The notes beneath the pieces were generated by a model. It saw nothing but the letters and a program-made list of their open reading frames with translations, had not been told where the DNA came from and searched no databases. A program made the position numbers and the translations under genes. Shown here piece after piece: positions 18,834 through 28,855 of a stretch of 64,000 bases of DNA. The first letter of the stretch is position 1, and each line of letters begins with the position of its first letter. The stretch lies in the IMG/VR virus record IMGVR_UViG_3300044633_000899, positions 62,001-126,000 of that record; one strand, 5' to 3'.

Positions 18834-19641
18834 CCCTTTAAACACACCACCTCATCACGGGGGACCACTGATATTACACTATATATCAAAAAAACTTTTA
18901 GAGTTTGGTGATAGAGTATGTATGAATCATCCGTTTTATGAGGGGTGTGAAAAAATAACTAAAGATTTTTTAAAAACTTTAAATACTAAAGAGTGGGTGC
19001 TTATAACAACAGAAAACGATTTTAGGTTGGAAGATTTTAAATTTAAAACAGTTAGACTCATATTATTTACAGGAAAAAATATGGAAAAATACGGGAGTGA
19101 TGAATTAATATTTCAGTATGGTAAATCGTTTACTGTTGGAACTAAATATGAAAACGCTTTATCTATAAGACCGATTGTAACAAATATAAGTTTTTGGAAA
19201 GATTTAGAATGTCAGAGATCTGAAACACCACTAATACTACTTAAAAAGGGTGTTATATCTAAAGACGATAAAATTATTGAAGGTCGGTTAATTGATGAAG
19301 TAATTAATATGAATGACACAAGGGAAGTCATTGATTTTGAATTACTAAAACTTTTTAATACACATAAGACTTTTATTACATATGATAACAATACATTCCA
19401 TTCAACACAGGCAGCATTATGTGGTGCAATATCTATTGTTATCCCCGATGGTAAATTAAATGAAAAAGAGTGGAGAAGGTCTACAAAAAGAGAATATGGT
19501 ATAGCATACGGGAATAATAAAGAACAAATTGATTTTGCTTTAAATACTATTGATAATTTAAAAGAATTAATTAAATCTGAATTAAATAGAAGTCACGAAG
19601 AAATTTCTTTTCTTAGAGAAAAAGTTTTATTAAGTTTTTAA
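18796..19641 (+). CDS. putative glycosyltransferase-like protein (WavQ-like)
   Basis: GG..ILH.I...L at the N-terminus and LFN....F..YD..TF....AALCG...IVIP at the C-terminus; heads a sugar cluster. Confidence 0.4.
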   Translation: MDQEKINWIILSDPLNTPPHHGGPLILHYISKKLLEFGDRVCMNHPFYEGCEKITKDFLKTLNTKEWVLITTENDFRLEDFKFKTVRLILFTGKNMEKYGSDELIFQYGKSFTVGTKYENALSIRPIVTNISFWKDLECQRSETPLILLKKGVISKDDKIIEGRLIDEVINMNDTREVIDFELLKLFNTHKTFITYDNNTFHSTQAALCGAISIVIPDGKLNEKEWRRSTKREYGIAYGNNKEQIDFALNTIDNLKELIKSELNRSHEEISFLREKVLLSF

Positions 19642-19655
19642 TACTTATATTATAT

Positions 19656-20480
19656 ATGAAGAAGATAATTAATTTTACCCCCACTGGTACTCAAACTACC
19701 AGAGAAAACTCATACGCACCACTTGAACCTAATGAGATTGTTGATTCGGTAATTGAAGCCAATGAATTAGGTATAACATTAGTTCATTTACATGCACGTG
19801 ACGAAAATCTTAAAAACACTTATGAAGTTAAACATTTTTCAAAAATTGTGGATGGTATTAGGAAGTATTGTCCAGAACTTGTCATATGTGTTTCAATGTC
19901 GGGTAGGAATTTCCCCGAAGTTGAAAAAAGAACGGAAGTTCTCCAACTTATGCCAGATATGGCTTCACTCACACTATCTTCACTTAATTTCCAAACAGGG
20001 GCTTCTATAAATGAACCTGATGTTATTATACAATTAATTAAAGAGATGGATAAGTGGGGGGTCATCCCTGAATTAGAATGTTTTGATACAGGTATGATAA
20101 ATATGACAAATAATTTAATTTCAAAAAACATTTTAAAACCACCATTTTATTTTAATGTTATTTTAGGTAATCTATATAATAGTCAATCAGATATTCTTTC
20201 TGTTGCCAATATGAAACACCAAATACCAAAAAACGCTATAACAACAATTGGTGGTATTGCGAGTCAACAATTAAAGAGTAATATTTACGGACTTATTGAT
20301 TTTGATGGGATCAGGATTGGTTTAGAAGATAATTTGATGTTTAGAAAAGGTGAGAAGGCAACAAATTCTGAATTAATAAAAAGAATACACCGAATTATGA
20401 CAGAACTAGATTTAGGTGTTATGAGTTCAAACGAATTTAGAAAATTAGGATATGAAAACAGAAACATTAATAATAGGTAA
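19656..20480 (+). CDS. beta-keto acid cleavage enzyme (BKACE/DUF849, Kce-like)
   Basis: FTPTG, VHLHAR, PDMASL, PELECFDTG, RIGLEDN. Confidence 0.88.
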   Translation: MKKIINFTPTGTQTTRENSYAPLEPNEIVDSVIEANELGITLVHLHARDENLKNTYEVKHFSKIVDGIRKYCPELVICVSMSGRNFPEVEKRTEVLQLMPDMASLTLSSLNFQTGASINEPDVIIQLIKEMDKWGVIPELECFDTGMINMTNNLISKNILKPPFYFNVILGNLYNSQSDILSVANMKHQIPKNAITTIGGIASQQLKSNIYGLIDFDGIRIGLEDNLMFRKGEKATNSELIKRIHRIMTELDLGVMSSNEFRKLGYENRNINNR

Positions 20481-21084
20481 AGGTGATGATATCATAACAA
20501 TGATATTAGATAACCTAAGTTCTGAAAATGAGACAGGTAAAATTACAATCTATAATAATTTAGATTTACCAATCAATAGTGATTTTTCTCATTCCGAATT
20601 TGAAATTAATCTGTTAAATGAATTAGAACTTTCTGATTATAACAAATGGGTTTTGGGGATTTACAAACCAAGTTTAAAAAAGAAAATTATTGATGGTTTA
20701 GAGATATATGGTCATATCAATTTTATTAATTGTATACATAAAGGTCTTGACATATCTAAAACCACAAAAGTCGGTGTAGGTTGTTTAATAAATTCTAAAG
20801 TTTCAATTGCTGCTCACACAATTATAAAAAACTATGTTTCCATTAATAGACATACGTCAATTGGTCACCACACAATTATTGAAGATTATGCCTCAATAAA
20901 TCCAGGATGTAATATTGCGGGTCATTGTCATATTGGGGAAGGGACAACAATCGGTATAGGATCTCAAATATTAGATGGTATAACAATTGGGAAAAACACA
21001 ATTATTGGTGCCGGTTCGGTTGTTACGAGAGATATACCAGATGGTGTTGTTGCCTGGGGGAGTCCTTGTAAAATTAAAAACTAA
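20452..21084 (+). CDS. hexapeptide-repeat sugar N/O-acetyltransferase (PglD/NeuD family)
   Basis: Left-handed beta-helix repeats, IGAGSVVTRDIP..VVAWGSP. Confidence 0.88.
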   Translation: MKTETLIIGKGDDIITMILDNLSSENETGKITIYNNLDLPINSDFSHSEFEINLLNELELSDYNKWVLGIYKPSLKKKIIDGLEIYGHINFINCIHKGLDISKTTKVGVGCLINSKVSIAAHTIIKNYVSINRHTSIGHHTIIEDYASINPGCNIAGHCHIGEGTTIGIGSQILDGITIGKNTIIGAGSVVTRDIPDGVVAWGSPCKIKN

Positions 21085-21086
21085 TT

Positions 21087-21734
21087 ATGGCTGAAGGTGT
21101 TCACAAAATAACTCAATCATTTGAGGAAGAAATTTCTAAATATACGGGCGCTAAATATACCGTTGCTTTAGACAATATGAGTAACGCGTTATTTTTGGCT
21201 CTCTATTATGAAAATAAAATCAAAAATAACACATCTGAAACAATAAGTATTCCTTGTAGAACCTACCCTTCTGTTCCGTGTGAAATTATACATGCCGGTT
21301 TAAAAGTTAATTTTTATGAAGTTAATGGTGATACAATCAAAGGGGCTTATCAACTGATAGGAAGTAAGGTATGGGATTCCGCTTTGAGGTTTACAAATGA
21401 TATGTATTTACCAAATACACATATGTGTTTATCGTTTACTGGGCCATATAAACAACTTAAATTAAGTAAAGGTGGTGCAATTTTAACCGACGACTATGAC
21501 GCTTATAAATGGTTTAAAAAGGCAAGATTTAGTGGTAGAGATGAATGTTCTTACCATATTGATAATTTTGACTTAAATCCTATTATTGGTTGGAATTTTT
21601 ATATGATGCCTGAAATATCCGCTAGAGGTTTATTACTTATGAGTCAATTTTATAATATGGATGGAAGTAAAAAACAAAATGAAGATTTGGAATTATCTTA
21701 TCCAGATTTATCCAAGTTTGAAATTTGGAGGTAA
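21087..21734 (+). CDS. DegT/DnrJ/EryC1/StrS-family PLP aminotransferase (short)
   Basis: FEEEISKYTGAKY.VA....S.ALFLAL, WDSA, SF...K.L....GGAILTDD, GWNFYM. Confidence 0.82.
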   Translation: MAEGVHKITQSFEEEISKYTGAKYTVALDNMSNALFLALYYENKIKNNTSETISIPCRTYPSVPCEIIHAGLKVNFYEVNGDTIKGAYQLIGSKVWDSALRFTNDMYLPNTHMCLSFTGPYKQLKLSKGGAILTDDYDAYKWFKKARFSGRDECSYHIDNFDLNPIIGWNFYMMPEISARGLLLMSQFYNMDGSKKQNEDLELSYPDLSKFEIWR

Positions 21735-21812
21735 CGAAACTTAAAAAAATAACTATTATATTCGTTTTTAATAAGTCAAATCTTAATCAAAGGTAATTTA
21801 TTTATTTAATTT

Positions 21813-21844
21813 TTTGTTTTATTCAAAAACATTACATATCTTTG
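21813..21844 (+). promoter_or_regulatory. Bacteroidota-type promoter TTTG-N20-TATCTTTG
   Basis: Both elements present, directly before the ATG at 21849. Confidence 0.7.
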
Positions 21845-21848
21845 CAAT

Positions 21849-22460
21849 ATGAAAACTGAATTGACATACGAAGAAAGAATCGCATGGTTTGTTGAAAACT
21901 ATTATGAGAGTGGTATGGAATACCAAAGTCTTTTAGTTACAATGAAGGAGGAGGATTTAGATAATTTTAAATGGTACGATGATTTCATATCAATACCAAA
22001 ACACAAAGTAGAATCAAAATTTGGAACATATATGGAAACAGAAAGTACAACAAAATTAACCAGTGATAAGATCACAAGGTTTGTTGAAAGGTTGAAAAAA
22101 ATTGGAATTGATGTGAAACTAATAGGAAACTTTCCTTGGGTTTATATTGATGAGATCTGTGGGATCAGAGTTACTGAAAGTTTTGCTGCGAACCACGGAT
22201 TTACTTTGATATTCCTTCCTGGTAGAAACGATAGTCCTGTGTCTGAATTTACAGACATTGAAGAGATTTTCAAACTTATACGAAAGTACGTTAAAGAAGC
22301 AAAATTTAGACAAATTGAAAAGTTAAAGGCTCAGATTGAAGTATTAGAAAGTATTTGTGATAATACTATGGAACAAGACGATGCAACTAAATACTTTGTG
22401 TTGTGTAAGTTATCTGATTTAAAAATAAAACTAAAAGAAATAAAAAATGAAAATCAATAA
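21849..22460 (+). CDS. hypothetical protein
   Basis: 203-aa ORF. Confidence 0.65.
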   Translation: MKTELTYEERIAWFVENYYESGMEYQSLLVTMKEEDLDNFKWYDDFISIPKHKVESKFGTYMETESTTKLTSDKITRFVERLKKIGIDVKLIGNFPWVYIDEICGIRVTESFAANHGFTLIFLPGRNDSPVSEFTDIEEIFKLIRKYVKEAKFRQIEKLKAQIEVLESICDNTMEQDDATKYFVLCKLSDLKIKLKEIKNENQ

Positions 22461-22860
22461 ATTATTTTTAGATGACGTAAGAATCCCAAAAGATGCGATA
22501 GGATTAATTCCGGATAAACATAATCAGTTTTACTTCTCTAACGATTGGGAGATAGTAACAAACTATGATGATTTCGTTCAACACATTGAACTTAACGGAG
22601 TTCCTAACTTTGTATCATTTGATCACGACCTGGGTGATACCGCAATGGATGAGTATTTTAGAAATGTTGCAACCAATGGAACTTTGGATTATGAAAACAT
22701 AGAAGAAAAAACTGGTCTTGACTGTGCAAAATTTCTTGTGGAATATTGTGTAGATAAAAACCAACCATTACCAGAGTATTTGGTTCATAGTGCAAACCCA
22801 GTTGGAAAAAGAAATATTGAAGGATTTTTAGAAAACGCAAAAAAACATTTAAGTATATAA
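22447..22860 (+). CDS. cyclic-phosphate-processing receiver domain protein
   Basis: LFLDDVR.P, SFDHDLG, TGLDCAKFL, VHSANPVG. Confidence 0.75.
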   Translation: MKINKLFLDDVRIPKDAIGLIPDKHNQFYFSNDWEIVTNYDDFVQHIELNGVPNFVSFDHDLGDTAMDEYFRNVATNGTLDYENIEEKTGLDCAKFLVEYCVDKNQPLPEYLVHSANPVGKRNIEGFLENAKKHLSI

Positions 22861-22863
22861 ATT

Positions 22864-23157
22864 ATGGAAGACATTACATTAAAAAGAGTTTGGACAATAG
22901 AAGGACATAAATTTGAAATAACCAGTTATTTAAAAAAATATGGTTTAACTATAACACATATTATTAAATATGAGGAAAAATCTGGGTACGCTAGCGGATT
23001 TCAAATGAATCATCATTATATTAACCTTGAAAATTTATCAGAAAATTATGATCAAATATTTGAAAAATGTGAGGCAATTGCTGAAAGATTATCCGGATGG
23101 AAAAATGTGATAGATAAGTTATCAGAAGATGGATTTGAAATTATAGAAAATATATAA
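22864..23157 (+). CDS. hypothetical protein
   Basis: ORF in operon. Confidence 0.6.
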   Translation: MEDITLKRVWTIEGHKFEITSYLKKYGLTITHIIKYEEKSGYASGFQMNHHYINLENLSENYDQIFEKCEAIAERLSGWKNVIDKLSEDGFEIIENI

Positions 23158-23160
23158 ATT

Positions 23161-23685
23161 ATGGATCTTACTAAATTAACAATGGACGAACTTATTTCAT
23201 TACGAAATAAAATTGAATATAAAATAAATTCTTATGAAGATGGATATTTGTATATCTGTTCTGTCCGTCAGTTCGGTAGTGTCTGGGAAGAAAGACCAAG
23301 TAGTTTATATGGTTTAAAAGAACTTTGTGATTCATATAATGGAGACAATGGTATTGTTGATGTCTATACCAACAACCCAAACTTAGAATTTCCCGAAATG
23401 GAGTTTGAAAACTATGGTGATGTTATGTTTATTAAATCTGAAGATGATTACAGAGAGTGGATTAAACACACTAAGGCTAAAAACCTTATTGAAGATGTAA
23501 CACAACGACTTGATGAGTGGGATGAAAGTAAAGATTTACCATTTAAGTATCGTCCTTCTTTTGCCCCACATTGGACAAGGGAACAAGTTAGTGAATGGGT
23601 TACAGAGTTTGAAAGTAAGAAGTGGGATTTTGTTGAACCAAGATCAATGAAAGTAAATTATTTTGAAGAAGATAGTGACGAATAG
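23161..23685 (+). CDS. hypothetical protein
   Basis: ORF in operon. Confidence 0.6.
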   Translation: MDLTKLTMDELISLRNKIEYKINSYEDGYLYICSVRQFGSVWEERPSSLYGLKELCDSYNGDNGIVDVYTNNPNLEFPEMEFENYGDVMFIKSEDDYREWIKHTKAKNLIEDVTQRLDEWDESKDLPFKYRPSFAPHWTREQVSEWVTEFESKKWDFVEPRSMKVNYFEEDSDE

Positions 23686-23709
23686 AAAAATAATTAATAT
23701 ATTTGCATT

Positions 23710-23958
23710 ATGGAAAATCAAACATTAGGTCAAATATTGGGTGCTAAGTCTAGTGGAATATTCATTAATGATAAACACGAGTATTGTTCGGTATATTCGT
23801 ATTACATCAGTAATAAACGGAAATTCCAGATAATCTTTTCAAAAGGGCTTACAAGTATTGCAACAAGACCAGCAATAAACTCAACATCAGAAAAAAAAAT
23901 ATTAAAGTTTTTGAGTTCTGAAAATTTTGTAATAGTAAAAACTGAAAATAATATATAA
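23710..23958 (+). CDS. hypothetical protein, paralog of 27883-28116
   Basis: TLGQ.L..KSSG.F.N...EYC.V..YYI.NK.KFQ.IFS...INSTSEKKI shared; TATATTTG at 23698-23705. Confidence 0.7.
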   Translation: MENQTLGQILGAKSSGIFINDKHEYCSVYSYYISNKRKFQIIFSKGLTSIATRPAINSTSEKKILKFLSSENFVIVKTENNI

Positions 23959-23959
23959 T

Positions 23960-25075
23960 ATGGAAAATCAAAATAGCGTAGCATACGTAGGAAAAATAGG
24001 TTCAGTATCTGAAATACCAGGCGCTGACAACATAGAATTAGTAACGATTGGTGGTTGGACTGCAATAACCAAAAAAGGTGAATATCGTATAGGATCTTTA
24101 GTAGTTGTTGCTACAACGGATGCTATAATACCACAGAAACTTTCTGATGGAATAGGTGTCACTAATTATTTAAGAAAGGGTCAAAGAGTAAGAACAGTTA
24201 AGTTACGTGGGGTTTATTCAGAATGTTTAATTATTCCAATATCAAATGTTCCCGATTCATATCGTTATGATGGATGTGACTGTATGGAATTGTTAGGTAT
24301 AAACAAGTATGAACCACCAGTTAAAACAATCACCTTATCATCTGGTGGTCGTAAGTTTAAATACCACCAAAACCCAAATTTCCACATTTACCATAAGTTT
24401 CCAAACCAAAAGAACGTACCAGATATGTTCAATGAGGACGATGCGGTTGTAATAACTCGTAAGTTACACGGAACTAATGCCAGATTCGGAATAATCAGAA
24501 AGAATAAACTTTCTTTATGGGATCGTGTTAAAATGTTCTTTGGTGATAAATGGGCCGGATTTGAATACGTCGCGGGCAGTCACAACGTAGAGAAAGGATC
24601 CGACTCGCAAGGTTTTTATGATACAAATGTTTGGTTTGAAATCGCTGATAAATACAATATCAAATCAAAACTCTTGGAACACGTAAAAGACACATATGAA
24701 TATCTTGAAAGTGGTTTTATTGTGTATGGTGAAATATATGGCGCTGGAATACAAAAAAACTATGACTATGGTTTAACTGAAATAAAGTTTGCTGGATTTG
24801 ATGTTGAGGTTGATGGAAAATACGAACCATATATGAGAGAAAAGGTACACTTTGAAGTAATGGATCTACCACAGGTTGAGGTATTATATAGTGGTAACTG
24901 GAATAAAGAAATGCAAGATAGTTTTGTGTTTGATAATTTCATAGAAGGAACAAAAGTTCCACACGAGGGTGTTGTTGTGAAAACTGTAACTGGTGTTCGT
25001 AGTAAAGTTTCAAAATGTATAAATCCTATGTATTTAATCTACGGAGAAAAACATAACGTTGGTGATTCACATTAA
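23960..25075 (+). CDS. ATP-dependent RNA ligase (Rnl2/DRB0094-like)
   Basis: N-terminal IPGADNIEL..IGGW....KKGEY; motif I KLHGTN; VYGEIYG; FDV; EGVVVK; K.IN..YL. Confidence 0.85.
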   Translation: MENQNSVAYVGKIGSVSEIPGADNIELVTIGGWTAITKKGEYRIGSLVVVATTDAIIPQKLSDGIGVTNYLRKGQRVRTVKLRGVYSECLIIPISNVPDSYRYDGCDCMELLGINKYEPPVKTITLSSGGRKFKYHQNPNFHIYHKFPNQKNVPDMFNEDDAVVITRKLHGTNARFGIIRKNKLSLWDRVKMFFGDKWAGFEYVAGSHNVEKGSDSQGFYDTNVWFEIADKYNIKSKLLEHVKDTYEYLESGFIVYGEIYGAGIQKNYDYGLTEIKFAGFDVEVDGKYEPYMREKVHFEVMDLPQVEVLYSGNWNKEMQDSFVFDNFIEGTKVPHEGVVVKTVTGVRSKVSKCINPMYLIYGEKHNVGDSH

Positions 25076-25088
25076 AATAAATTAAAAT

Positions 25089-25355
25089 ATGAGTTATATT
25101 AGAATTGATGTTGATTTAAGTAACATCTACGATGAAATGGATCGTAATGACAAACAAGTTATTACTGAATGGTTATATGAAGATGGGATAATCCAATCAC
25201 ACTCAAATCCAGAAATAAGAAGTCTAGTTAAAGGTACAGACGAATCAAATGGTGAAAAAGAATTGAGAGACGCTCTTACAAAATTATGGAATTCATATTA
25301 CCGATTATCAAATGAAGATGAATTATTAATTAAACAAATAACAGATAAATTATGA
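25089..25355 (+). CDS. hypothetical protein
   Basis: ORF in operon. Confidence 0.6.
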   Translation: MSYIRIDVDLSNIYDEMDRNDKQVITEWLYEDGIIQSHSNPEIRSLVKGTDESNGEKELRDALTKLWNSYYRLSNEDELLIKQITDKL

Positions 25356-25594
25356 AAAACGCAGCTAAAGAGATTATTTATGGTGTCTGTGATAAGACAA
25401 ACAAAAATGATTCGTATTTTGGGTTCTTTAAAAATCTTGAAGACGCACAAAAAGAAATATTAATACAAGCAAATAGATTAAAGGAAGATCTTGGGATTAT
25501 GGATATCACCATTAAAAATGATAGAGCATTTAAAACAATAGATGAGCGAGAAGAAGAGTTATTAATTGTTATACACCAATACGTTTTAAGATGA
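25352..25594 (+). CDS. hypothetical protein
   Basis: Coupled ORF. Confidence 0.6.
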   Translation: MKNAAKEIIYGVCDKTNKNDSYFGFFKNLEDAQKEILIQANRLKEDLGIMDITIKNDRAFKTIDEREEELLIVIHQYVLR

Positions 25595-25788
25595 AAGTAA
25601 ATTATATTGAATTTATCTCCAAAAATATATTTTGGTACTCACTTATGGTGTTTTTCAATAAATCATTTAACCCAACTGACTGGTGGATGTATCAATATTT
25701 TTGGGGTGGGGCCTTGTTTGTTATATTTGAATTTTTTATATTTAGTTCAAGTCTAAAAGAAATTAATACTGAAGAAAATGGGAATTAA
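25591..25788 (+). CDS. small membrane protein
   Basis: Two hydrophobic segments. Confidence 0.55.
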   Translation: MKVNYIEFISKNIFWYSLMVFFNKSFNPTDWWMYQYFWGGALFVIFEFFIFSSSLKEINTEENGN

Positions 25789-26785
25789 AAAATTAAAAAA
25801 AGAAAATGATTTCTTAAATATATCAATAATTGATATGTTAGGAAAGTTAGATACTAGTAAAACTAAAAAATACACACAATTTTTAGTTAAGATGGTAAAC
25901 AAAGATCGTAAAAATTTTGATGACGATCTTCTCCCAGACATATCAGGTCGTGAAAGTAGTCCTTTAACACAAACTTTACCACGGGATTCATACACTAATA
26001 ATATGATTAGAAATTTTCTTGACTATACTATCCAATATGAAAACTCAAAAATTTTTGTTGAATTTACAAAATTAATGGAAAAGGGTTTAGTTGACGAAAA
26101 TGATATTAGTAAGTATGACTCTTGGGATATGTTACACGAACAAACTTTTAAGGCAAAAAACCGAGAGATTTTAAAAAACTCAAAAAAAGTAATTCATACA
26201 ATATATGAAGATGATGATTATTTAATTTTCAAACCACTAACATATTTAACATCGGTAACATATGGATACCAAACAAAGTGGTGTACAGCAATGATTGATA
26301 ATCCAAATTATTTTTATAACCATTCTCTTGGTGTTTTGATTTATTTGATTGACAAAAAAAATACGAAAAAATTTGCCTTCCATAAATCAATTAGTTACCC
26401 TGGGCATTACTTTGTAGACTCACCAGATTCTGAAATGATTAAAACATATAATGAAAGTGATAAACAAATTGATACTTTTCAAACGGGGTTACCATATGAC
26501 ATTATAAAAATTGTTAGTGATAATATTTCTGACGAAGGTAATTATAAATTATTTTCTGAGGATGAGTTAACAGAAATGAGGAAACATACTCAAATACCTG
26601 GAGAAAATATACGCAGAGGATTGAAAGTAGTTTCTAATAGACCTTTAGATCGTTATTTTGGTGATGAAGTACAATATGATGATGATGAATCAGTACCAGT
26701 ACCAATGTCAGCACAAATTTCCTATGATGAATCACTAGTACCATTATCAGAACAATTTCCTTATTTGGATGATGAATTACCTTAA
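25778..26785 (+). CDS. protein with PLT..YG..TKWC domain
   Basis: KPLTYLTSVTYGYQTKWCTA. Confidence 0.65.
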   Translation: MGIKKLKKENDFLNISIIDMLGKLDTSKTKKYTQFLVKMVNKDRKNFDDDLLPDISGRESSPLTQTLPRDSYTNNMIRNFLDYTIQYENSKIFVEFTKLMEKGLVDENDISKYDSWDMLHEQTFKAKNREILKNSKKVIHTIYEDDDYLIFKPLTYLTSVTYGYQTKWCTAMIDNPNYFYNHSLGVLIYLIDKKNTKKFAFHKSISYPGHYFVDSPDSEMIKTYNESDKQIDTFQTGLPYDIIKIVSDNISDEGNYKLFSEDELTEMRKHTQIPGENIRRGLKVVSNRPLDRYFGDEVQYDDDESVPVPMSAQISYDESLVPLSEQFPYLDDELP

Positions 26786-26869
26786 AATTAATTGACATAG
26801 AAAAAACTGAAATGTACGTTAGATTTGCGGCAACGATTAAAGAATGATTAGAAATTAAAAATATTTAAT

Positions 26870-27811
26870 ATGAACAATAAAAAATTACAAAAAATAACCG
26901 ATGCTCTTAATGATAATCTTGTTGACGAAACAATACAAGATTTAGACTCGCCTTCTTGTTGGAGTAGTTTAAAGAACGATGAATACGCACCAGCATACTC
27001 AACGATTGAACAAGTACCGGCTGGTATTTATGAGGTCGCTTGGAATTCCTCATTATCCAATTACACATTAAAAAAACAACCATTTAAAACAGATGAGTTG
27101 TATCAGTTACCATCACCAGAAATTATTGATATTTTAACAGATATTGATAATTTCTGGGAACGACAACATAAGTATAAACAATATGGTTTTATACATAAAC
27201 GAGGTATTTTAATGTATGGTGATCCTGGATGTGGTAAATCGGGTATAATCCAATTAATATTACAAAAATTAATTGAAAGAAACGGTATCGTAATAAACAT
27301 CAAAGATCAAGAAGACATTGAAATGTTCTCATCATTTATTGGTACATTTCGTAAAGTTGAACCAAATAGATTTATTGTTGTAATATTGGAAGATATTGAT
27401 TCAATCGCGGGAGAATATACACATCAAACGTCAAGATTGTTAAATATATTGGATGGTGTAAAACAAATTGAAGGTGTTGTATATATCGCAACGACAAATT
27501 ATCCAGAGAAACTCCAGGAAAGGATTACAAATAGACCTTCTCGTTTTGATAGACGATACAAAGTTGAATTACCAAACTCAGAAATTAGACGTGCTTACAT
27601 TAAGTATAAGTTAACCAATAACGATATTGAGGGTATCAATATTGAAGAGTGGGTTGAAAAAACTGAAGGGATGTCATTATCACATCTAAAAGAAGTTATC
27701 ATTTCTGTTATAGTTATGGGCCGAACATTTGAGGAAACAATTGGTAATTTAGAAGAATTATCAGAACGACCAAGAATTAAAGGATCTGGAAATGTTGGTT
27801 TTGGAAAATAA
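26870..27811 (+). CDS. AAA+ ATPase (BCS1-like)
   Basis: GDPGCGKS, ILEDID, LLNILDG, TTNYPE, RPSRFDR. Confidence 0.9.
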   Translation: MNNKKLQKITDALNDNLVDETIQDLDSPSCWSSLKNDEYAPAYSTIEQVPAGIYEVAWNSSLSNYTLKKQPFKTDELYQLPSPEIIDILTDIDNFWERQHKYKQYGFIHKRGILMYGDPGCGKSGIIQLILQKLIERNGIVINIKDQEDIEMFSSFIGTFRKVEPNRFIVVILEDIDSIAGEYTHQTSRLLNILDGVKQIEGVVYIATTNYPEKLQERITNRPSRFDRRYKVELPNSEIRRAYIKYKLTNNDIEGINIEEWVEKTEGMSLSHLKEVIISVIVMGRTFEETIGNLEELSERPRIKGSGNVGFGK

Positions 27812-27856
27812 GTCTGGAGACTTATAATCGTGAAAAATAAGTCTGGAGACTTATAA
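27805..27856. repeat. two tandem palindromic operator-like sites ATAAGTCT-GG-AGACTTAT
   Basis: Palindromes at 27808-27825 and 27837-27854, 29-bp period. Confidence 0.75.
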
Positions 27857-27882
27857 AAAAAATTACTGAAAAAACAACAAAA

Positions 27883-28116
27883 ATGGAAAAGGATATTACA
27901 TTAGGTCAGTTACTACGAGGTAAATCATCTGGTAAGTTTGTTAATAATAATGGTGAATATTGTACCGTGTTAAGATATTACATAGGGAACAAACAAAAAT
28001 TTCAAGTAATTTTTAGTGAGAACTTATATAGTTTAGCAACAAGAGCTGTGATTAATTCAACATCCGAAAAAAAAATAATTAAATTATTGACGACTGAAAA
28101 CTTTATGTTAGTATAA
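27883..28116 (+). CDS. hypothetical protein, paralog of 23710-23958
   Basis: Direct sequence similarity. Confidence 0.7.
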   Translation: MEKDITLGQLLRGKSSGKFVNNNGEYCTVLRYYIGNKQKFQVIFSENLYSLATRAVINSTSEKKIIKLLTTENFMLV

Positions 28117-28197
28117 GTTATTAACTTTTTTGAAAAAAAATAGGATAATTAAAAAACTATATATACATTCGTGAAATAAATTTTAAAACAATATATT

Positions 28198-28494
28198 ATG
28201 ACTTCAAAATTTTATTCAAACAACAACAAAGGATTCCAAATGACATTTGGGAATGGTTGGTCAATTAGTGTTCAATTTGGTTATGGTAATTATTGTCAAA
28301 ATAATCACCACCCAATGGGTTTTTATTTCAGTAAAAATCAAGATACAACCACATCAGAAGATGCTGAAATTGCAATTTGGGATAAAGATGGGAATTGGTA
28401 CAATTTCGGAAATGACACTGTTAAAGGTTATTGTTCGGCAGATGATGTTGCTGGATGGATAAATAAAGTTTCTAACTTCACACAAGTAATTTAA
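28198..28494 (+). CDS. conserved hypothetical phage protein
   Basis: GFQMTFGNGW.ISVQFG.GNYC..AEIAIW. Confidence 0.65.
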   Translation: MTSKFYSNNNKGFQMTFGNGWSISVQFGYGNYCQNNHHPMGFYFSKNQDTTTSEDAEIAIWDKDGNWYNFGNDTVKGYCSADDVAGWINKVSNFTQVI

Positions 28495-28508
28495 GAAAAA
28501 CAATAAAT

Positions 28509-28673
28509 ATGGGAATAAGTCAAATTATAATGTTAGTATTATTAGGTATAAATCTATTATTAGGTGCAAACGAACACGGAAAAGAAAAAACAGGTAATCA
28601 CAATTTTTGGTTATCAGCAATTAGTGTTGGTTTGTATTTAACACTTTTAATAACCGGGGGATTTTTTAAATGA
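28509..28673 (+). CDS. small two-TM protein (54 aa, not in ORF track)
   Basis: MGISQIIMLVLLGINLLLGANEHGKEKTGNHNFWLSAISVGLYLTLLITGGFFK; ATGA-coupled to the next gene. Confidence 0.6.
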   Translation: MGISQIIMLVLLGINLLLGANEHGKEKTGNHNFWLSAISVGLYLTLLITGGFFK

Positions 28674-28855
28674 AAACTTATAAAAAAGTAATATGGGAAT
28701 GTTTATCTTGTAACAAACAACACGAATCATATTCACATAAAAGATGGGATATGCAAGTTTGTGAATGTGGTAAATCTGGTTATGATCTGGAAGAATTTTA
28801 TTCAAGAACAATGGGTGAAATAAAAATTATTAAAGAAGAAGAATATCAAAAATGA
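28670..28855 (+). CDS. Zn-ribbon protein
   Basis: CLSC..CECG. Confidence 0.6.
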   Translation: MKTYKKVIWECLSCNKQHESYSHKRWDMQVCECGKSGYDLEEFYSRTMGEIKIIKEEEYQK

